Source of the DNA: Ginglymostoma cirratum
Taxonomy: Eukaryota
Assembly: GCA_024137785.1 (NCBI GenBank)
Contig: JAHRHZ010000144.1
Span: 19,792,482-19,856,481, forward strand
DNA length: 64,000 nucleotides
Direction of reading: 5' to 3'
This document shows positions 24,720-38,935 of the stretch, piece after piece (the stretch's first letter is position 1; each line of letters begins with the position of its first letter). Under the pieces are notes generated by a model. The model was not told where the DNA came from, searched no databases, and was given only the letters and a program-made list of their open reading frames with translations. The translations under genes and the position numbers were made by a program.

Positions 24720-24887
24720 CTTTCTGATCTGCTGGATGTGTTGGGACATACGGGTACTTGGAATGTTTCTTGATATGAAAGTTGACATTGTCCAGTTCCA
24801 CATTTAGGCTGATAGAAGCTGCAGAGTCGCTGTCCACGACTGACTGAAAGCTGCTTACTGATGTACGTTTGCTAGGGCTGGAAAAGC
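24720..24887 (-). CDS. PIKFYVE: PIKFYVE exon (SPSKRTSVSSFQS...NVELDNVNFHIKK...HPADQK)
   Basis: Acceptor tttacag, donor G|GTATGG; 168 nt, phase 1-1. Confidence 0.94.
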
Positions 24888-25724
24888 CTGTAAAAAATGA
24901 TGACGACTGTGTTCGTGGAAATTCAAGCAAAGCACTTTCAGCTTATGACATGCAAACTGTGTAGCAAGCCACATTATGGCCTTTATTTAAAAAAACGTTT
25001 AACACCAAACCACTTGGCATTCAATTCCAAATCCATTTGCCATGATCCAATGTAGTCTGTACAGCAGTGGAGAGGAATCTATGGCAGAGGTGCCTAAAGT
25101 AGCAAGTGGTTAATTTGAGTGAAAAGTGATATCATATTTGGCCAAGGTATTTAGTAGCAATCCAAGATTGTTTCAAGTTGAAATGAAGCCATACTCACAC
25201 CTGAAGTTAATCAATTAGCTTATACCTTAGACAAATTCCCATTTAGGTGACTGTGCATAGCTGACTGGTATGTTAAAGTTAATAACCTAGACCAACGAGA
25301 GAATACCATAAAGTGAGTAGTGAGAGGTCTCACTGATAGTGACATAAAAATCTGGTAAGTCTACATTTTGCCATACAATGGCAAAATTTCAAAAAGATTG
25401 CCCTTGTTATGTAAAAATTGTTTAACTTCTATAAGAGAGAGATTGTGCAGTTGAAAATAAAACTAAAAATGTCTTATAAGCATCCACATTCTTCGTCCCC
25501 TGCTTTCCCACAGCTGTGGAGGCTTTTCTTCTCAATACTTTACAGAGTTCATTCAACTTTTAATCAGTATACAATGTTTCAACCGCAACTTGCTTTATCA
25601 CATGTAGGTCATAGCGGATATCATGCCTACTATTAGCCAGAAAACTGCATGCTATTATTAAAGCTATTTCACTTGAATAGTTCAGTTTAGTAGCTTTCCA
25701 CACTTCAAAACACAAAAAAGCACT

Positions 25725-28685
25725 TTTATTTGTCCATGGAATGTGGACGTTGCTGGCTTGGCCAGTATTTATTGCAGATCCACAGTAGCTCTAGAGAGGT
25801 GGTGAGCTGCATTCTTGAACCAGTGCAGTCCTTGCGGCGTAGAGGCATCCACTGTATTGTGAGGAAATGAGTCTCAGGATTTTGACCCAGCAACAGAAGG
25901 AACAGAAATATAGTTCTGATTCACAATGATGCCGAACTTGGTGTGGCAATTCGAGATGTTGGTGTTTCAATGCACCTGCTGTCTTCATCTTGTAGGCGGT
26001 AGTGGTCGTGGTCGTGGGTTTGGAAAAGTACTGTTGAAGCAGTCTTTGAATTACACCAGTGCACCCTGGTGATGGTACATGCTGCTGCCACTGTGTACCA
26101 GTAACGAAGGGAGTGAATGTTGAAGATTGTGGTTGGAATACTAATCAAGTAAACTGGTTTGCCCTGGGCGATACTGAGGTTCTTGAGTTTTGTTAGCGCT
26201 ACATTTATTTAAGTAAGTGGATAATATTCTATCACACTTCTGACTTCTGCCTTGGAAATGTAGGTGAGGACATTGGGAGACAAGAGGGGAGTTACTTAAC
26301 ACAGTATTTCTAACCTCTGAACTGTTCTTGTAGCTGCAGTATTTATATTGCTAGTCCAGTTCAGTTTCTGGTCAATAGTAACCACCAAGATGTTGATGGT
26401 GGAGAATATTCAGTGATGGTAATGCCACTGAATGTCAAGGGACAATAGTTAGGTTCGTTTACATTGGAGATGAGGTCATTATTTAGCACTTATTTGGCAT
26501 AGATATTAATTGCTACTTATCTGTATGTAGTGCAGGTATTGCTGCATATAGACATCATCTGATTCAGTATCTGAGGATTTGCACAATCAGCAGTAAATAT
26601 CCATAATTCTGACCTCACGATTGAAGCAGCAGCTGAAGATGGTTAGGTCTAGACCACTCCCCTGAGAAACTCCTGTAATGATGCTTTCGGAATGACCTCC
26701 AAAATCCACAGGGCAGAGCTTTCCAGATTCTGGGTCACCAAACCCGAAAAGTTAACTCTGATTTTCTCTTCACAGATGCTGCCAGATTTGCTGAGCTTTT
26801 CTAGCAACTTCCGTTTTTGTCCCATGGACTCCAGTTTTGTTCAGGATCCTCAATTGAATGGTTCCTTGATGTCAATGGCAGTCACTGTCACCTCAGCTCT
26901 GGTGTTTAGATCTTCTGTCCATGTTTAGACTGAGGCTGTAATAGGATCAGCAGCCAAGACACCCCCGCACAATACAAACTGAGCATCAGTGGGCAGGTTA
27001 TTAGTTTGAAAGTGCCACTTATTAGCACTGTTGAAAATCCCTTCCATCAATTTACTAATGATCATGAGTAAACTCATAAAACAGACCTAACCTCTCCTGA
27101 TTTTTGTGAACAAGACCCATAAGACAATTTTTTCTACATTACCAGATGTCCGCATTGTAGAGCACTAGAACAGCTTGGCTAGAGGTACAGTTAGTTCTGG
27201 AGATCAAGTCTTCACTCCTATTGCCAGACTGTTATCAGAGCCTTTAGCACTGTAGTATTCAGTTCAACGGTCCAGCAGAGTTGAAATTGCTTAGCCCTGT
27301 TTATTGTTTGCTGCTTTTACTGTATGGTACCCATGTAGTAGTGCTGTAGTTTCACCAGGTTGTCGTTTCATTTTTAATGGCTAATTTTTAATGCTACTGG
27401 CATGCCCCTGCACTCTTCATTGAGTGCAAGGTTGACCATTTAGCTTGACGGTAATGGTAGAGTCGTGGATACGCTGAGCCATGAGGTTGCAGTTATGGCT
27501 GAATACAATAACGCTGTCGCTGACAGCCCACTGCCTCAAAGATGCCCAGGTTTTCTTGCTACATTTATTCAAAGTCTCTCCTATTTAACAGTGGTTGTGC
27601 CACACAACATAATGGAGAGTATCCTCAATGTGAAGATAGGATTTTGTCTCACAATGACCGCACAGTGGTCAGCCTTAATGATGGAAATAGTGACATAACT
27701 GCGACAGGTGGTTTGGAGAGGACCAGGTCAAGTACGTTTCTTCCCCCTCACCACTTGCCGCAAACCTATAACTCAAGAAGCTCGACATCCTCCAGAGCAA
27801 AGCAGAACAGTGGATTGTTTGATTGTGATGCCATTCACTCAGCTTGTCACAGATGCTTGGTAGTGTGTACTACCTACAAGATGCACTGCTGAAATTCACC
27901 AAAGCTCCTTACACAGCACCTTCAAAACACAAGACTACATCCATCTAAAAGGCCAAGGGCAGAAAATATATGGGAAGATTACCATCCACAACTTCCTCTC
28001 CAAGCTACTCATATCTAGACTTGGAAATATTATATTGCTCCTTCAGCGTTGCTGGGAAAAATCTTCAAACTCTTTCCCTAACAGCATTGAGAGTTCACAT
28101 ATAGTACACGGACTGGAGCACTTCAAGGGGGCAGCTCAACACCATATTCTCAAGGAAACTAGGGATAGGCAATAAGCAGTGGCTAGCCAGCAATGCCCAC
28201 ATCTCACAAAAGAATAAAAAAAATTTTGCAGCTATGTCCTTTAGGACTTGACAGGTCCAGTCAATAATGGTGCTTCCAAGTCACTCTTGGTAATGGACAT
28301 TGATGTCCCCTACCAGAGTACATGACATGTTATTACCACTCTCAGTGCTTTCTTCAACTGGTCTTCACCATGGAAGAGTACTGATTCATCAGGGAAGCGG
28401 AACTCTCATTTGACCTGACACCATAAGATTTCATGGGGTCAATCATCAACATTGAGTACTTCCAGGGAAACTCCTCTCTGACTGCGTACCTCTGTGCCAC
28501 CGTCTCTGGTGGATCTTCCTAGCAGTGGGACAGGGCATACTAAGGAATGGCGATGGTGGTGTTTGGGACATAGCCTGACAGGTCAGGCTATTGCTTGACG
28601 AGTTATAAAAGGACACCCATCTCAATCTTGGCACTGATCTTAGATGTTGGTAAGTGGGACTTTGTAGGATTGATGGGTGGTCCAT
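25725..28685 (-). mobile_element. Decayed CR1/L2-type LINE of the same family as 11205-13820, with nested fragments (a plus-strand 3' tail at about 27800-28225)
   Basis: Shared 3' tail (tttattgc...gcattcttgaacc) and collinear similarity to the 11.2-13.8 kb copy. Confidence 0.7.
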
Positions 28686-30399
28686 CCAGTTTTATTCATT
28701 TTCATTAGCAAAGTGAGTGTGCAGAAAACCTACATTGTGGAAAACACAATAATAAGGGAAAAGGGCAGGGATGGTTTTAATTACAAAATTAAAAACTTGT
28801 AGTAATAGTCTCATCGGATACATAAATGTGTCATAAATCCATGGTAAGGCAATTTAATCAAAGTTCTCACAACTATGACCACTAGAGATAAAATATGGAG
28901 ACATAATGTATAAAACAGTGCACATTCTCAATTTTGAGCAACCTCTCACTGCAAACAAAGCTTAAATTGCAAAAGTAGAAATAGAATGTAAGATTTACTA
29001 ATTTCATGATACATTCTACGCTACATTTGAAATAAAGATTGCCTGCAGACTGCAATGATCTTGTGACAGAAGGAGTGATTTGAACTCTTGGCTGCACTAT
29101 AAACAGACCACGACAAGTGTGTGGATTCTGATGGAGCTTAAAGTCATTTGTGCTTTTGATGTTCAAATATTTTAATAAATAGAATACACCAATCAGCACA
29201 TGAGACAAGAGAATCTTATTAATACTCTACAAATTCAAAATTGGAAGTGGAAAAAATACACAACTAAAAAAACATAAGCACCACACACCAAAGTTAGAAT
29301 TTAGTAATGAACAGCAAACATACATACAGATGTACAATGTTCAAGCACCAGAGAAGCCACATTTGGCAAATGATTTTAACTTTTAAAAACCTCCCACTTA
29401 TTTATATCAATAGATGAACTTTTAAAACATTTTATGGAATGGAGTACATAAAATATAAATGTTTCATTACCAATAGAACAAAATCAATGGGCATTTATTC
29501 GGCCACAAACAAATTCTCATTGGTACGCACCACTGACAAACATTTACAAAACTGTAGTTCTAACAGACCTCAACAAATCAGCTGTAGTTTTTTTTGTTGT
29601 CTCTCGTTTTACTTTTTGACTTTCCTGACCCATGTACCTCTTGTAGGGAACAGCTTTAGGGACCTCCCTTCATCAAGAAGCGATCACAACATGCCTGGTG
29701 ACAACCTTTGATCTTTCAGACTCCACCCAGGTGCGGAATTGCTTACCATCTTCTCAGCACCACACAGTAGCAGAACATGGAATTCCCGTTACTGCCCATT
29801 TCTGCTATAATTCCAACACACTGTGCAGCTTCTCCCACTCTAGGTTTTTCATGAAATTAGGAAGTAGACAGAGCCTGTAATAATTCACACTTCATTGTGT
29901 TGCTGAAGTCTAATGAACTTACCTGTCAGATCCTTTGTTACTCATTGGAAAACCCTGTTCTCTTTTAAGAATCGTGAGGAAAAGTATAGCTTACTTAAAA
30001 AAAAAGCCGTCACGCACAATGCTCTAATTAGATATATCTAGAAATGCATAAGTTTGATATATTCCTCTCGTTCCAACCCTTCTATCGCAATAAACTGAAC
30101 AGCTTAGTTTCATTTTCTGTACAAATATTAGGTAAAGTCATTTACAAATGAATACTGCAGATTAGGTATGGGTGGGGAGGCAGTTTATAGTGATGGAGGA
30201 ACCTTGGTCTTTAGCTCTGATCAACAGATAATTACTACCAACTAGCTTTGTGGGAGGAGAAAGAGAACAAGATGGGTGTCTGGGAAAACTGACCACAACA
30301 CCATGATGCAGGAAAACAGTGGTGAGAGTTCTTTACTGGCCAATAGTCACATTTTTGCCAGATAATAAAACAAGAAACAACTAAAATATGTATCAAAAT

Positions 30400-31400
30400 A
30401 CAAAGTAATGATCATGGGAGACTTCGACCCCCATACAGTTCGGTCAAATCAAATTGACAAAGGCACTCTGGAAGAGGAGTTTATAGAATGCTTTTGCAAC
30501 AGCTTTCTAGGATAATGTCAAAAGGAACCAAAAGAGAGTCAAGTTATTTTAAATCTTCTATTGTCCAATATGGCAGGGTTAATTTGCAATCTCAGTGAAG
30601 GAACCCTTGGGAAAGTGTAATTGTAAAACAATTAAATTCCATATTAAATCAGAGTGATATGTTTCAGTCCAAAACAAGAATGACTAACTTAAACAAAGCC
30701 AGTTATAGAGGTATGAAATGAAAGCTGGCTAAACTTTATAAGGCAAACTTACTGAAAGCCTCTAAATGGTGAGATACTTTTCAAGGAATGATTCAAAATG
30801 TTCAACAAGAATATGCTTAATTAGAAAACAAAAATTCAGCAAAATTAGTGGATTGGGGGATTTTTAGAAAGCAACAAAAGGTGACCAAAAATTTGATTTT
30901 TACGCAAAAACAAAAAGACAGTAGACTAGCCAGGAACATAAATTCCAAGAGCTCCGACAAATATGCACACCGAAGAAGAGTGACTCAATTAAATTAATAT
31001 TTCAGAGACAGAGACAGGATAATAATCGTGGTGAATGAGGAAATGGCAGAGAAGCTGAACAAACATTCACATGTTTTCTCAGCAAAAGACCAAAACAACA
31101 TACCAGAAATTCAGGGTAACCAAGAAACTAATCAGCATGACTAACTTAAAAGTAATTAATATCAGAACAGCAAGAAGTACTAGAAAAATTTAAAGCACTA
31201 AAATCTAATAAAGTCCCAGGCACTGATGGCCTACATCATAACATATTAAAATAGACTGTTACAAAGATGGCGGATGCACAAGATATAATTTCCTAAAATT
31301 TTGTAGATTCCAGAACAATCCCAGCAGATTGTAAGTTACCAAATATAACATTTGTTTAAGGAGGAGCCAAGAAAACAGGGAATGATTGGCCTGTTAGTAC
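30400..31400 (+). mobile_element. Decayed CR1 ORF2 fragment (APE endonuclease to linker)
   Basis: gtaatgatcatgggagacttc (VMIMGDF) and aagtcccaggcactgatggc (PGxDG-like) remnants. Confidence 0.65.
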
Positions 31401-32011
31401 GAACAGCAGAGCAGGCTCAGGATTGTAGGCTGCTAGGTTGACTGATAAGAAACTCATTCTAGTTGGTGTAATTGGAGTGTGATAGAAAAGGTTATTATAG
31501 TTGATGAGTTCATAAAAATATGCTTCGCCAATTTCTCAGATATTGAACCAGCTCAAGTGTGTTCCAATTATTTACAGAATAAAACCCAAAGTCCCTCTGC
31601 TTTCTCCCTTCATTTGAGGGGAAAAAATTCAGCAAGAGCTACTTATACGTTAAAAAAAAAAAATTGCTGTCTGTATGCTTCAAATTAATTGTTCTCTATT
31701 GAGACAACACAAATACCCTGCTGCTGTTTGTAAGTACTCCTGTAAGATGATCTGCCATCACGGTATGCCATGTTTATCTGTCTTGCCCACTGTAGTGTGT
31801 CTACGACTATTCTTTGATGTCTATCCTTAAACTACACAGACCAATCCCACTTTCGTTCCCTTCTACTTTGCTCTCCAGAATAGACCTCTGAACCACTGGC
31901 CAAAATACTGAAATTCCAAAGAGAATTATTATTAAAATACAACCTCTCACTTCTTTTCACCTCAGTATTATGAATTAACCTCACCTCCTGTATCTTAAAA
32001 ATGTGACTTAC

Positions 32012-32159
32012 TTTGCATGATTTCTTCTCCATCATCCTGCATCTGCTCAGTATCGCTGTCATCAAACTTGATGTCCTTAAACCATGACGGTTCAGAATTG
32101 CCTTCCACCGAATTCATTGAATCACTGTCTGGAGATGGTGTCTCAGAAAACTCTGTACT
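32012..32159 (-). CDS. PIKFYVE: PIKFYVE exon (STEFSETPSPDSDS...WFKDIKFDDSDTEQ...)
   Basis: Acceptor attgcag, donor A|GTAAGT; 148 nt, phase 0-1. Confidence 0.93.
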
Positions 32160-33074
32160 CTGCAATGTAGACATTGGTTCTTAAAGCCAAAATGGAAGAC
32201 AAAAAGTGTTCTTCCTGTACAAAAAAAAATCTTGCTTCTTGGTACAACAGACTTGAATGAGATTATTTGAAACAGGTTGTTTATAACTGGTACTCTTCAA
32301 TCTTAAAATACTGTATTTAATATAGACTAACTTTAATCAGCATGAAATATGAACATATGGGGAAAAATACTTCCTGTTAGTCAATAACTTCCTTAGATAC
32401 CACTTTCATTTCTCTAATTTCTTTATTGTTAATAACCAGGGAACGTTGACATTTAGTACCTCCAGGTACACATTATGAGAATGTAGTAGAAAATAATATT
32501 TTTCCTTGCCTCAGAAAAGAGAACACAAAATATACACATCATGCAGCAAATCAACTGACAAATCAGAGAAATCAAAGGGACATCGTCAATTGGAATCCTA
32601 CGCAAGATGAAAGGCGACTATGATACGAGTAGAGAAACATTTAACGTGGTAAGACACACCATCACCTCACTATCCCGATCATGATTTTTCTCCCAAAACC
32701 CCAAGAGCGGGTCACCACTGGCCTTTCTTTCTCTGCCAACTGCACACAAGTGGGGCCTTTTGCACAAGGGTCAAGTCCGAAGAGGATTTCGCATCTGATT
32801 GCCTCTCAATTCTCTTCCAGAGCCACCATGTGAAAGGAAATCCTAGGATGTAGAAGGTTCAGAGCCTTCTGACCATAGACAGAGTGTCTTGTATCAGCAT
32901 CCTCTCCAAGTCTGGCCCAATATATCCCTGGCCAAGCCTTTAGTATTAAGAGTTTGGATGTCACCCTTGGAGAGCATCTGCCTTTAAGGTTCCTCACTAA
33001 ATCTACTGTACCACCAGGATTTTTATTGTTTAGCACTGGCAGGTTACTTTTGGCAGCAGGAAGCAAACTTGGGG

Positions 33075-33625
33075 ATCAATATAGTCGTACAGCACGGAAA
33101 CAGACCCTTCAATCCAACTAGCCCACGCTATGTTTCCAAACTAAACTAGTCCCACTTGCCTGCATTTGGTCCATATCCCTCCAAACCTTTCCTATTCATG
33201 TACTTATCCAAATGTCTTTTTAATGTTGTAACTGTACCTGCATCCACCACTTCCTCTGGCAGTTCATTCCACACACAATCCACACTGTATAAAAAAAGTT
33301 GCCCCTCATGTCCTTTTTAAAACTTCCTCCTCTGACCTTTAAAATGTGCCCACCTCTTTTGAACTCTCCCAACCCTAGAGAAAACATCCTTGCTATTCAC
33401 CTTATCTGTGCACCTCATGAATGTTTATAAGCCTGTAAAAAGGTCACCCCTTAACCTGCTACACTCTAATGAAAAAGTCCCAACCTATTCTTATAACTCA
33501 ACTCTCCATTCCCAGCAACATTCTAGTAAATCTTTCTTAACCGTCTCTAATTTAATATCCTTCCCATAGCAGGGCAATCGGAGCTGCACACAGTACTCCA
33601 GAAAAGATCTCACCAACATACTGTG
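33075..33625 (-). mobile_element. CR1-type LINE 3' fragment
   Basis: Typical CR1 3' sequence (ccaccacttcctctggcagttcattccacac...aggtcacccctt). Confidence 0.7.
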
Positions 33626-34204
33626 ACAGCGTGAACATTGAATAAGGAAAATTGGTTGGAGTTGGGACAGAGTTGGTAGGAAAGGCGGCCAAATCCTGCT
33701 TCAGTAGTATTCCATGCTGAAAAGTAAACTTACAGTCTACTGTCTTTTCTGGACTGTTATTTAAGGGACTGAAAACAAGTTGGCCTCACCTGCTTTTCAA
33801 GTTAAAATATTTAACATTTAAGTTTACAATGCGCAAAATGATAGCAGAGACATTACTGGATAAGAATTTGCTTTCCAGGCTTATTATGAAACTTTAATAT
33901 TTGGGAAACAACCATCTATCTGATAGCGAAAACAAATTAACTTTGTTAACTTTGTTTTTAATTTTAAAGAAAATACTATTGACAAAGTTGAATGCAGACT
34001 ACACTTGGGTTCAGTAGAGGTTTGTGCTGAAGCCAGAAACACAATAGTTCGTTCCTCTTTCCTCTGTGACATTGTCTAAATCATTTGAAATATCTTCTTG
34101 TTTTAGGAAGTTGAAGACACAACCATCAACGGTGAAGTAATTAATGATTAGGAATACACAACTGATCAGACTAGGATTAGAGGAGTGCAAATGTTTTAAG
34201 ATCT

Positions 34205-37058
34205 AAGACTTAGGTGCAGAATTTGGCCATTTGGCTGATCGGATCTACTCTGCCATTCCATCACGACTGCTAGGTTTCTCAACCTCATGCTCCTGGCTTC
34301 TCCCCATGACCCTGGAGGCCCTTACCATTTAAGAGTCTGCCCATCTCTGTCTTAAACACACTCAATGACTTGGCCTCCAGAGTTCTTTGTGGCAATGAGT
34401 GCCACAGATTAACCACTGACTGGCTGAAGAAATTCCTTCTCATCTCAGTTCTAAATGGTCGTCCCTTCACTCTGACACTGTGCCCTCTGGTCCTAGTCTC
34501 TCTTACTAATGGAAACATCTTCTCCGTATCCACTCTATCTAAGCACCTCGGTATTCTGTACATTTCAATGAGATCCGCCCTCATTCTCCTGAACTCCATT
34601 GAGAAGAGGTAGTTCTCCCCTAACGTGATAGTTGCGTTCTTGTGTGACCTTGTGCTATAGAAAAATCACCAAATATCGTGTTATAGGAAAGTCACTATAC
34701 CTGTACAGCAGAAAGCTCACGTTATCCAAACAGCATCCACTATTTATCAATTGTGTTACAGCCAATCCACATTAATGAGACACACGTTATAGCAGAACTA
34801 CCTCTACAGATCAAAAGTCTTCAACTTCTCCTCACAGGACAAGTCCTTCATTCCTGAGATGATTCTTGTAAAACCCCTTCCAGACACCCTTCAATGTCAG
34901 AACATCTTTCCTTTGATACAGGGACCAAAATTGTTCATAATATTCCAAATGCAGTCCGAGCAGAGCCTTATTCAGCCTGAGCAGTATATTTCTGCTCATA
35001 TATTCTAGCCCGCTTGAAATGAATGCTAACATTGCATATGCCTTCGTACCTGCCAACTGAACCTGCATATTAACCTTCAGAGGATCCTGAACGAAGATTC
35101 CCAAGTCCCTTTGTGCTTCAGGCTTCTGAAGCTCTTCCCCATTTAGAAACTAGTCTACTCTTCCTACCAAAGTGCATAACCTTACACATTGTATTCCATC
35201 TGCCATTTCTCCACCCACTCTCCTAGCCTGTCCAAGTCCTCCTGTAGTTCCCCTGCTTCCTCAACACTACCTGACCCTCCAGCTACTTGTGTCATCTGCA
35301 AACTCAGCAACAATGCCCTCAGTTCCTTCGTCCAGATCGTTAATTTACGACATCAATAGTTGTAATCTCAACATGGACCCCTGCGGAACTCCACTAATCA
35401 TTGGCTGCTATCCTGAAGACGACCACTTTTATCCCTACTCGCTGTCTTCTGCCAGTCAGCCAATCCTCTATCCACACCAGTACCTTGCCCCTAATAGAGC
35501 CCCATGGACTCTTTAGCAGCCTCCTGTGCAGCACCTTGTCAAAGGCCTTCTGGAAATCCAAATAGATTATGTTCATTGGTTCTCCTTTAAATAATTTGCT
35601 TGTTACCACATCAAATAATTTTAACAGATTTGTCAGGTATGACCTCCCATTGACAAAGTCATCCTGATTCAGTCCTATTTGCCAGGAACTTCCAAAAACT
35701 CTTCAGTCTCATGCTTAATAAGGGACTCTAAAATTTTGCCAACGACTAAGGTCAGGCTAACCAGCCTACAGTTTCCTGTATTCTGCCTTGCTCCCTTCTT
35801 AAATAGGGGTATTACATTAGCTATTGTCTAGTCCTCCGGCATCTTCCCGGATTCCAGCGATTCCCAAAAGAATGTTTTGACAATCTCCTCAGCTATTTCC
35901 TTCAGAACTCTGAGGTGTAGTCCATTTGGTCTGGACCATTTATCCACCTTCAGACTTTTCACCTTCCCCTTAGCGATAGCCACTGCTCTCACCTCTTCCC
36001 CTGACTCAAAGCTCTGATATGCTGATGTTTTCCAGCATGAAAACTGATGTTAAGTACCTAGTCAGTTCCTCTGCCATTTCTTTGTTCCCCATTACAACTT
36101 CTCTAGCCTCATTTTCCAGTAGTCCAATGTCCACTCTTGCCTCTCGCTTATCATTTAGATATCTAAAAACTGTTGCAATCTTCTCTTATATTACTAGCTA
36201 ACCTGCCGTCACATGTAATCTCCCTCCTTATTTTTGGTGCGGAATCAATGGGCCTTTTCTGCAGCTGTAGGAATCTATTGTTTTTTTTTAAAACAATTAC
36301 CTCTGCTGGTTTCTCTCATGCTTCCAAATCCTCTAGATTTCCATTAATCTCTACCATATCGTATGCCTTTTCTCTTGCTTTTATGCTGTCCCTGACTTTC
36401 CTGATCAGTCACAGTTGCCTTGTCCTTCCTTTCATCTATTTACAATGAATTTCTGCTGTGCCTCCCAAATTAACCCCAGAAACTCCTGCATTTGCTGCTC
36501 CACCTTCTTCCCTGCTATGTTCCCCTTCCAATCAACTCTGGCCAGCTCCTCACTCATGTTTTTGTAGTTATCTTTACTCAACTGCAATATGATTACATCT
36601 GATTCCAGCTCAAACTGCAAGGTTAATTTGGTCACATATTATGGTCGCTGGCCCCTCGGGGCTCCTTCACCTTAAACGCCCGAATCAATTCTGCCTCATT
36701 ATACATCACCAAATCCAAAACTGCCAGCTTCCTAGGGAGCTCTACCACAAGTTACTCCAAACAAAAACCCATCACATTGACATTCCACAAATTCTTTTTC
36801 TTGACATCTGCTACCAACCGGATTTTCCCAGTCTACCTGCATATTGAAGTGTCCCATGATTACTGCAGCAGTGCCTTCCTTACATGCCTTTTCTACCTCC
36901 TGATTTATTTCCTTCCCCGCATCCTTACCAATGTTTGGAGATCTAAATGCAACTCCTATCAGTGTCTTGATTTCCTTTGTGGCTCCTCAACTGTACCTGC
37001 ATAGATTCTACACTTTCTGACTCGATAATACTTCTTGCCATTGATTTCATTTCATTTT
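34205..37058 (-). mobile_element. CR1-type LINE, long decayed ORF2
   Basis: Peptides IIYLDFQKAFDKVLHRRLL, WIEDWLTGRRQRV, EFRRMRADLIEMYRI and RNFFSQSVVNLWHSLP. Confidence 0.9.
34606..34804. mobile_element. MITE (Tc1/mariner-pogo/Tigger-like) inserted into the CR1
   Basis: TIRs gaggtagttctcccctaacgtg and cacgttatagcagaactacctc (19/22); TA on the right, AA on the left; CR1 sequence resumes on both sides. Confidence 0.8.
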
Positions 37059-37965
37059 GGAAGGTTACGGGGTTTGAGGAAATTACAGACATTAGAAGAA
37101 GCAAGACTATATTACGGATTTGAAAACCAGGATAAAAATTTTAAAATTAGACATTGCTTGACAGGGAGCTAATACAGGTCAGCGAGCACAAGGCTGATCG
37201 GGCAAAATGGGCCTTGCTGCGAGTTAACTCTCAGGAAGCAGAGTTTTGGATGACCTTAAAATCAGGGAGGGCAGAATGTGGGAAACCAGCCAGGAATGTG
37301 TTAAAATATTCTAGTTTAGAGGTTACAACAGCCTGATAGAATATTTCTTTATTCCTTTGCAGACCTTGTCAGTGATGCCACATCTATCTAATTTTCCTTG
37401 CATGGAATGCCTTGCTCAGTCATTTAGAAGGTGGTTAACAGTCTACCACATTGCTGTGGTAGATAAATGTGGATCAGACCATTTAAAGATGGAAACTTCC
37501 ATTTTCTACGGAGATTGCTGAGACTGGTGGAGTTTCACACAATTCGTGATTGTTTCATGATCTAACTGAGGCTAACTCAGCTGCTGTGGAGGGATTTGTA
37601 CCTGCATACCTATAACATTAGCCTGGGTCTCTGCATTATTAATCCAGTGACATTACACTCTGCCACCACCTCCCCTGACAAACAGGCAGAATGAGTCAAG
37701 GATGAAGTCAGGCAATGTCTTGGAAGTGAAAATTTGTGGTCTCAGAATTGGCAAGTGGGAAATTCAACTTGGAATCAAATCTGATTCCAATAATACGAAC
37801 AAACTGGCTTAATCTCAATTGTTGCCACAAAACAGATATAATCAGTAACTCAGGAATTTGAAGCAGGGACTGAAAACAATGATTTCAGTTTTCCCACTAT
37901 CTAATTGGAGAAAAAGTACTGAATGATCAGAAGTTATTTTAGATAAGCAGTCTGATAAACATGCA

Positions 37966-38320
37966 GAGGCAATAGCCTAGTGGCATTATCACTGGATTAT
38001 TAACCCAGAGACCCAGGTAGTGTCCTGGGGACCCGAGTTCAAATCCTGCCATGGCAGATGGTGGAATTTGAATTCAATAAAATATCTGGAATTATGAATC
38101 TAATGATGACCGTGAATCCATTGACAATTGTCAGGAAAAACCCATCTGGTTCACTAATGTCCTTTAGGGAAGGGAACTGCTACCCCTACCTGGTCTGGCC
38201 TACGTGTGACTCTAGACCCACAGCAATGTGGTTGACTCTTAACTGCCCTCTGGGCAATTAGGGATGGGCAAGAAATGCTGCCTAACTAGCGACACCCTCA
38301 TCCCATAAATGAATAAAGAA
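37966..38320 (+). mobile_element. tRNA-derived SINE with a LINE-derived 3' tail
   Basis: A box tagcctagtgg, B box gagttcaaatcc; tail gggatgggcaagaaatgctg...catcccataaatgaataaa. Confidence 0.8.
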
Positions 38321-38665
38321 GAAAACAAAAAATTTTGCAGCAGTGGAGAAATCAAGAGAGAGGTGCGAGTTAACACACAGGAAGTAGAGTTTTGGATGAC
38401 CTTAAGACTAGGGAGGGCAGAACATGGTAAACCGGCCAGGAATGTGTTAAAATATTCTAGTTCAGAGATAACAACAGCCTGAAAGAGAGTTTCTTTATTC
38501 CTTTCCAAATGTGGCATCACTGACGAGATCTATCTCTAATTTTCCTTGTGTGGAATGGCTTGTTAGGTCAAGTAGAAGGTGGACTGTTAGAAAAACTTTT
38601 AGAACTGGATGCCACCAGTGCACATGTAAAAGCTAACAAAATGGCAGAGAGGTAAGGAGCAAACA

Positions 38666-38935
38666 GGGCAGCACGGTGACTCAGTGGTTAGCACTGCTTC
38701 CTCATAGCACCAGGGACCCGGGTTCAATTCCAGCCTCAGGCAACTATCTGTGCAGTGTTTGCACATTCTCCTTACATATGCCTGGGTTTCCTCCAGGGGC
38801 TCTGGTTTCCTCCTGAAATCCAAAGATGTGCAGGTTAGGTGTATTGGTGATGGGAAGTGCAAAGCTACAGGGTTAGTGGGGGATGTTCTGCCCGAGGGTC
38901 AGTGTGGACTCAGTAGCCAAAAGGCCAGCTTCCAC
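38666..38935 (+). mobile_element. HE1-type tRNA SINE
   Basis: gggcagcacggtgactcagtggttagc...gggttcaattcc. Confidence 0.85.

Noticed and set aside
29923-29993. Strong minus-strand donor (CAG|GTAAGT) with upstream AG acceptors, a possible cassette exon
   Set aside because: Every acceptor tried gives a frameshift or an in-frame stop and there is no PIKfyve similarity; a poison exon cannot be excluded without RNA data.
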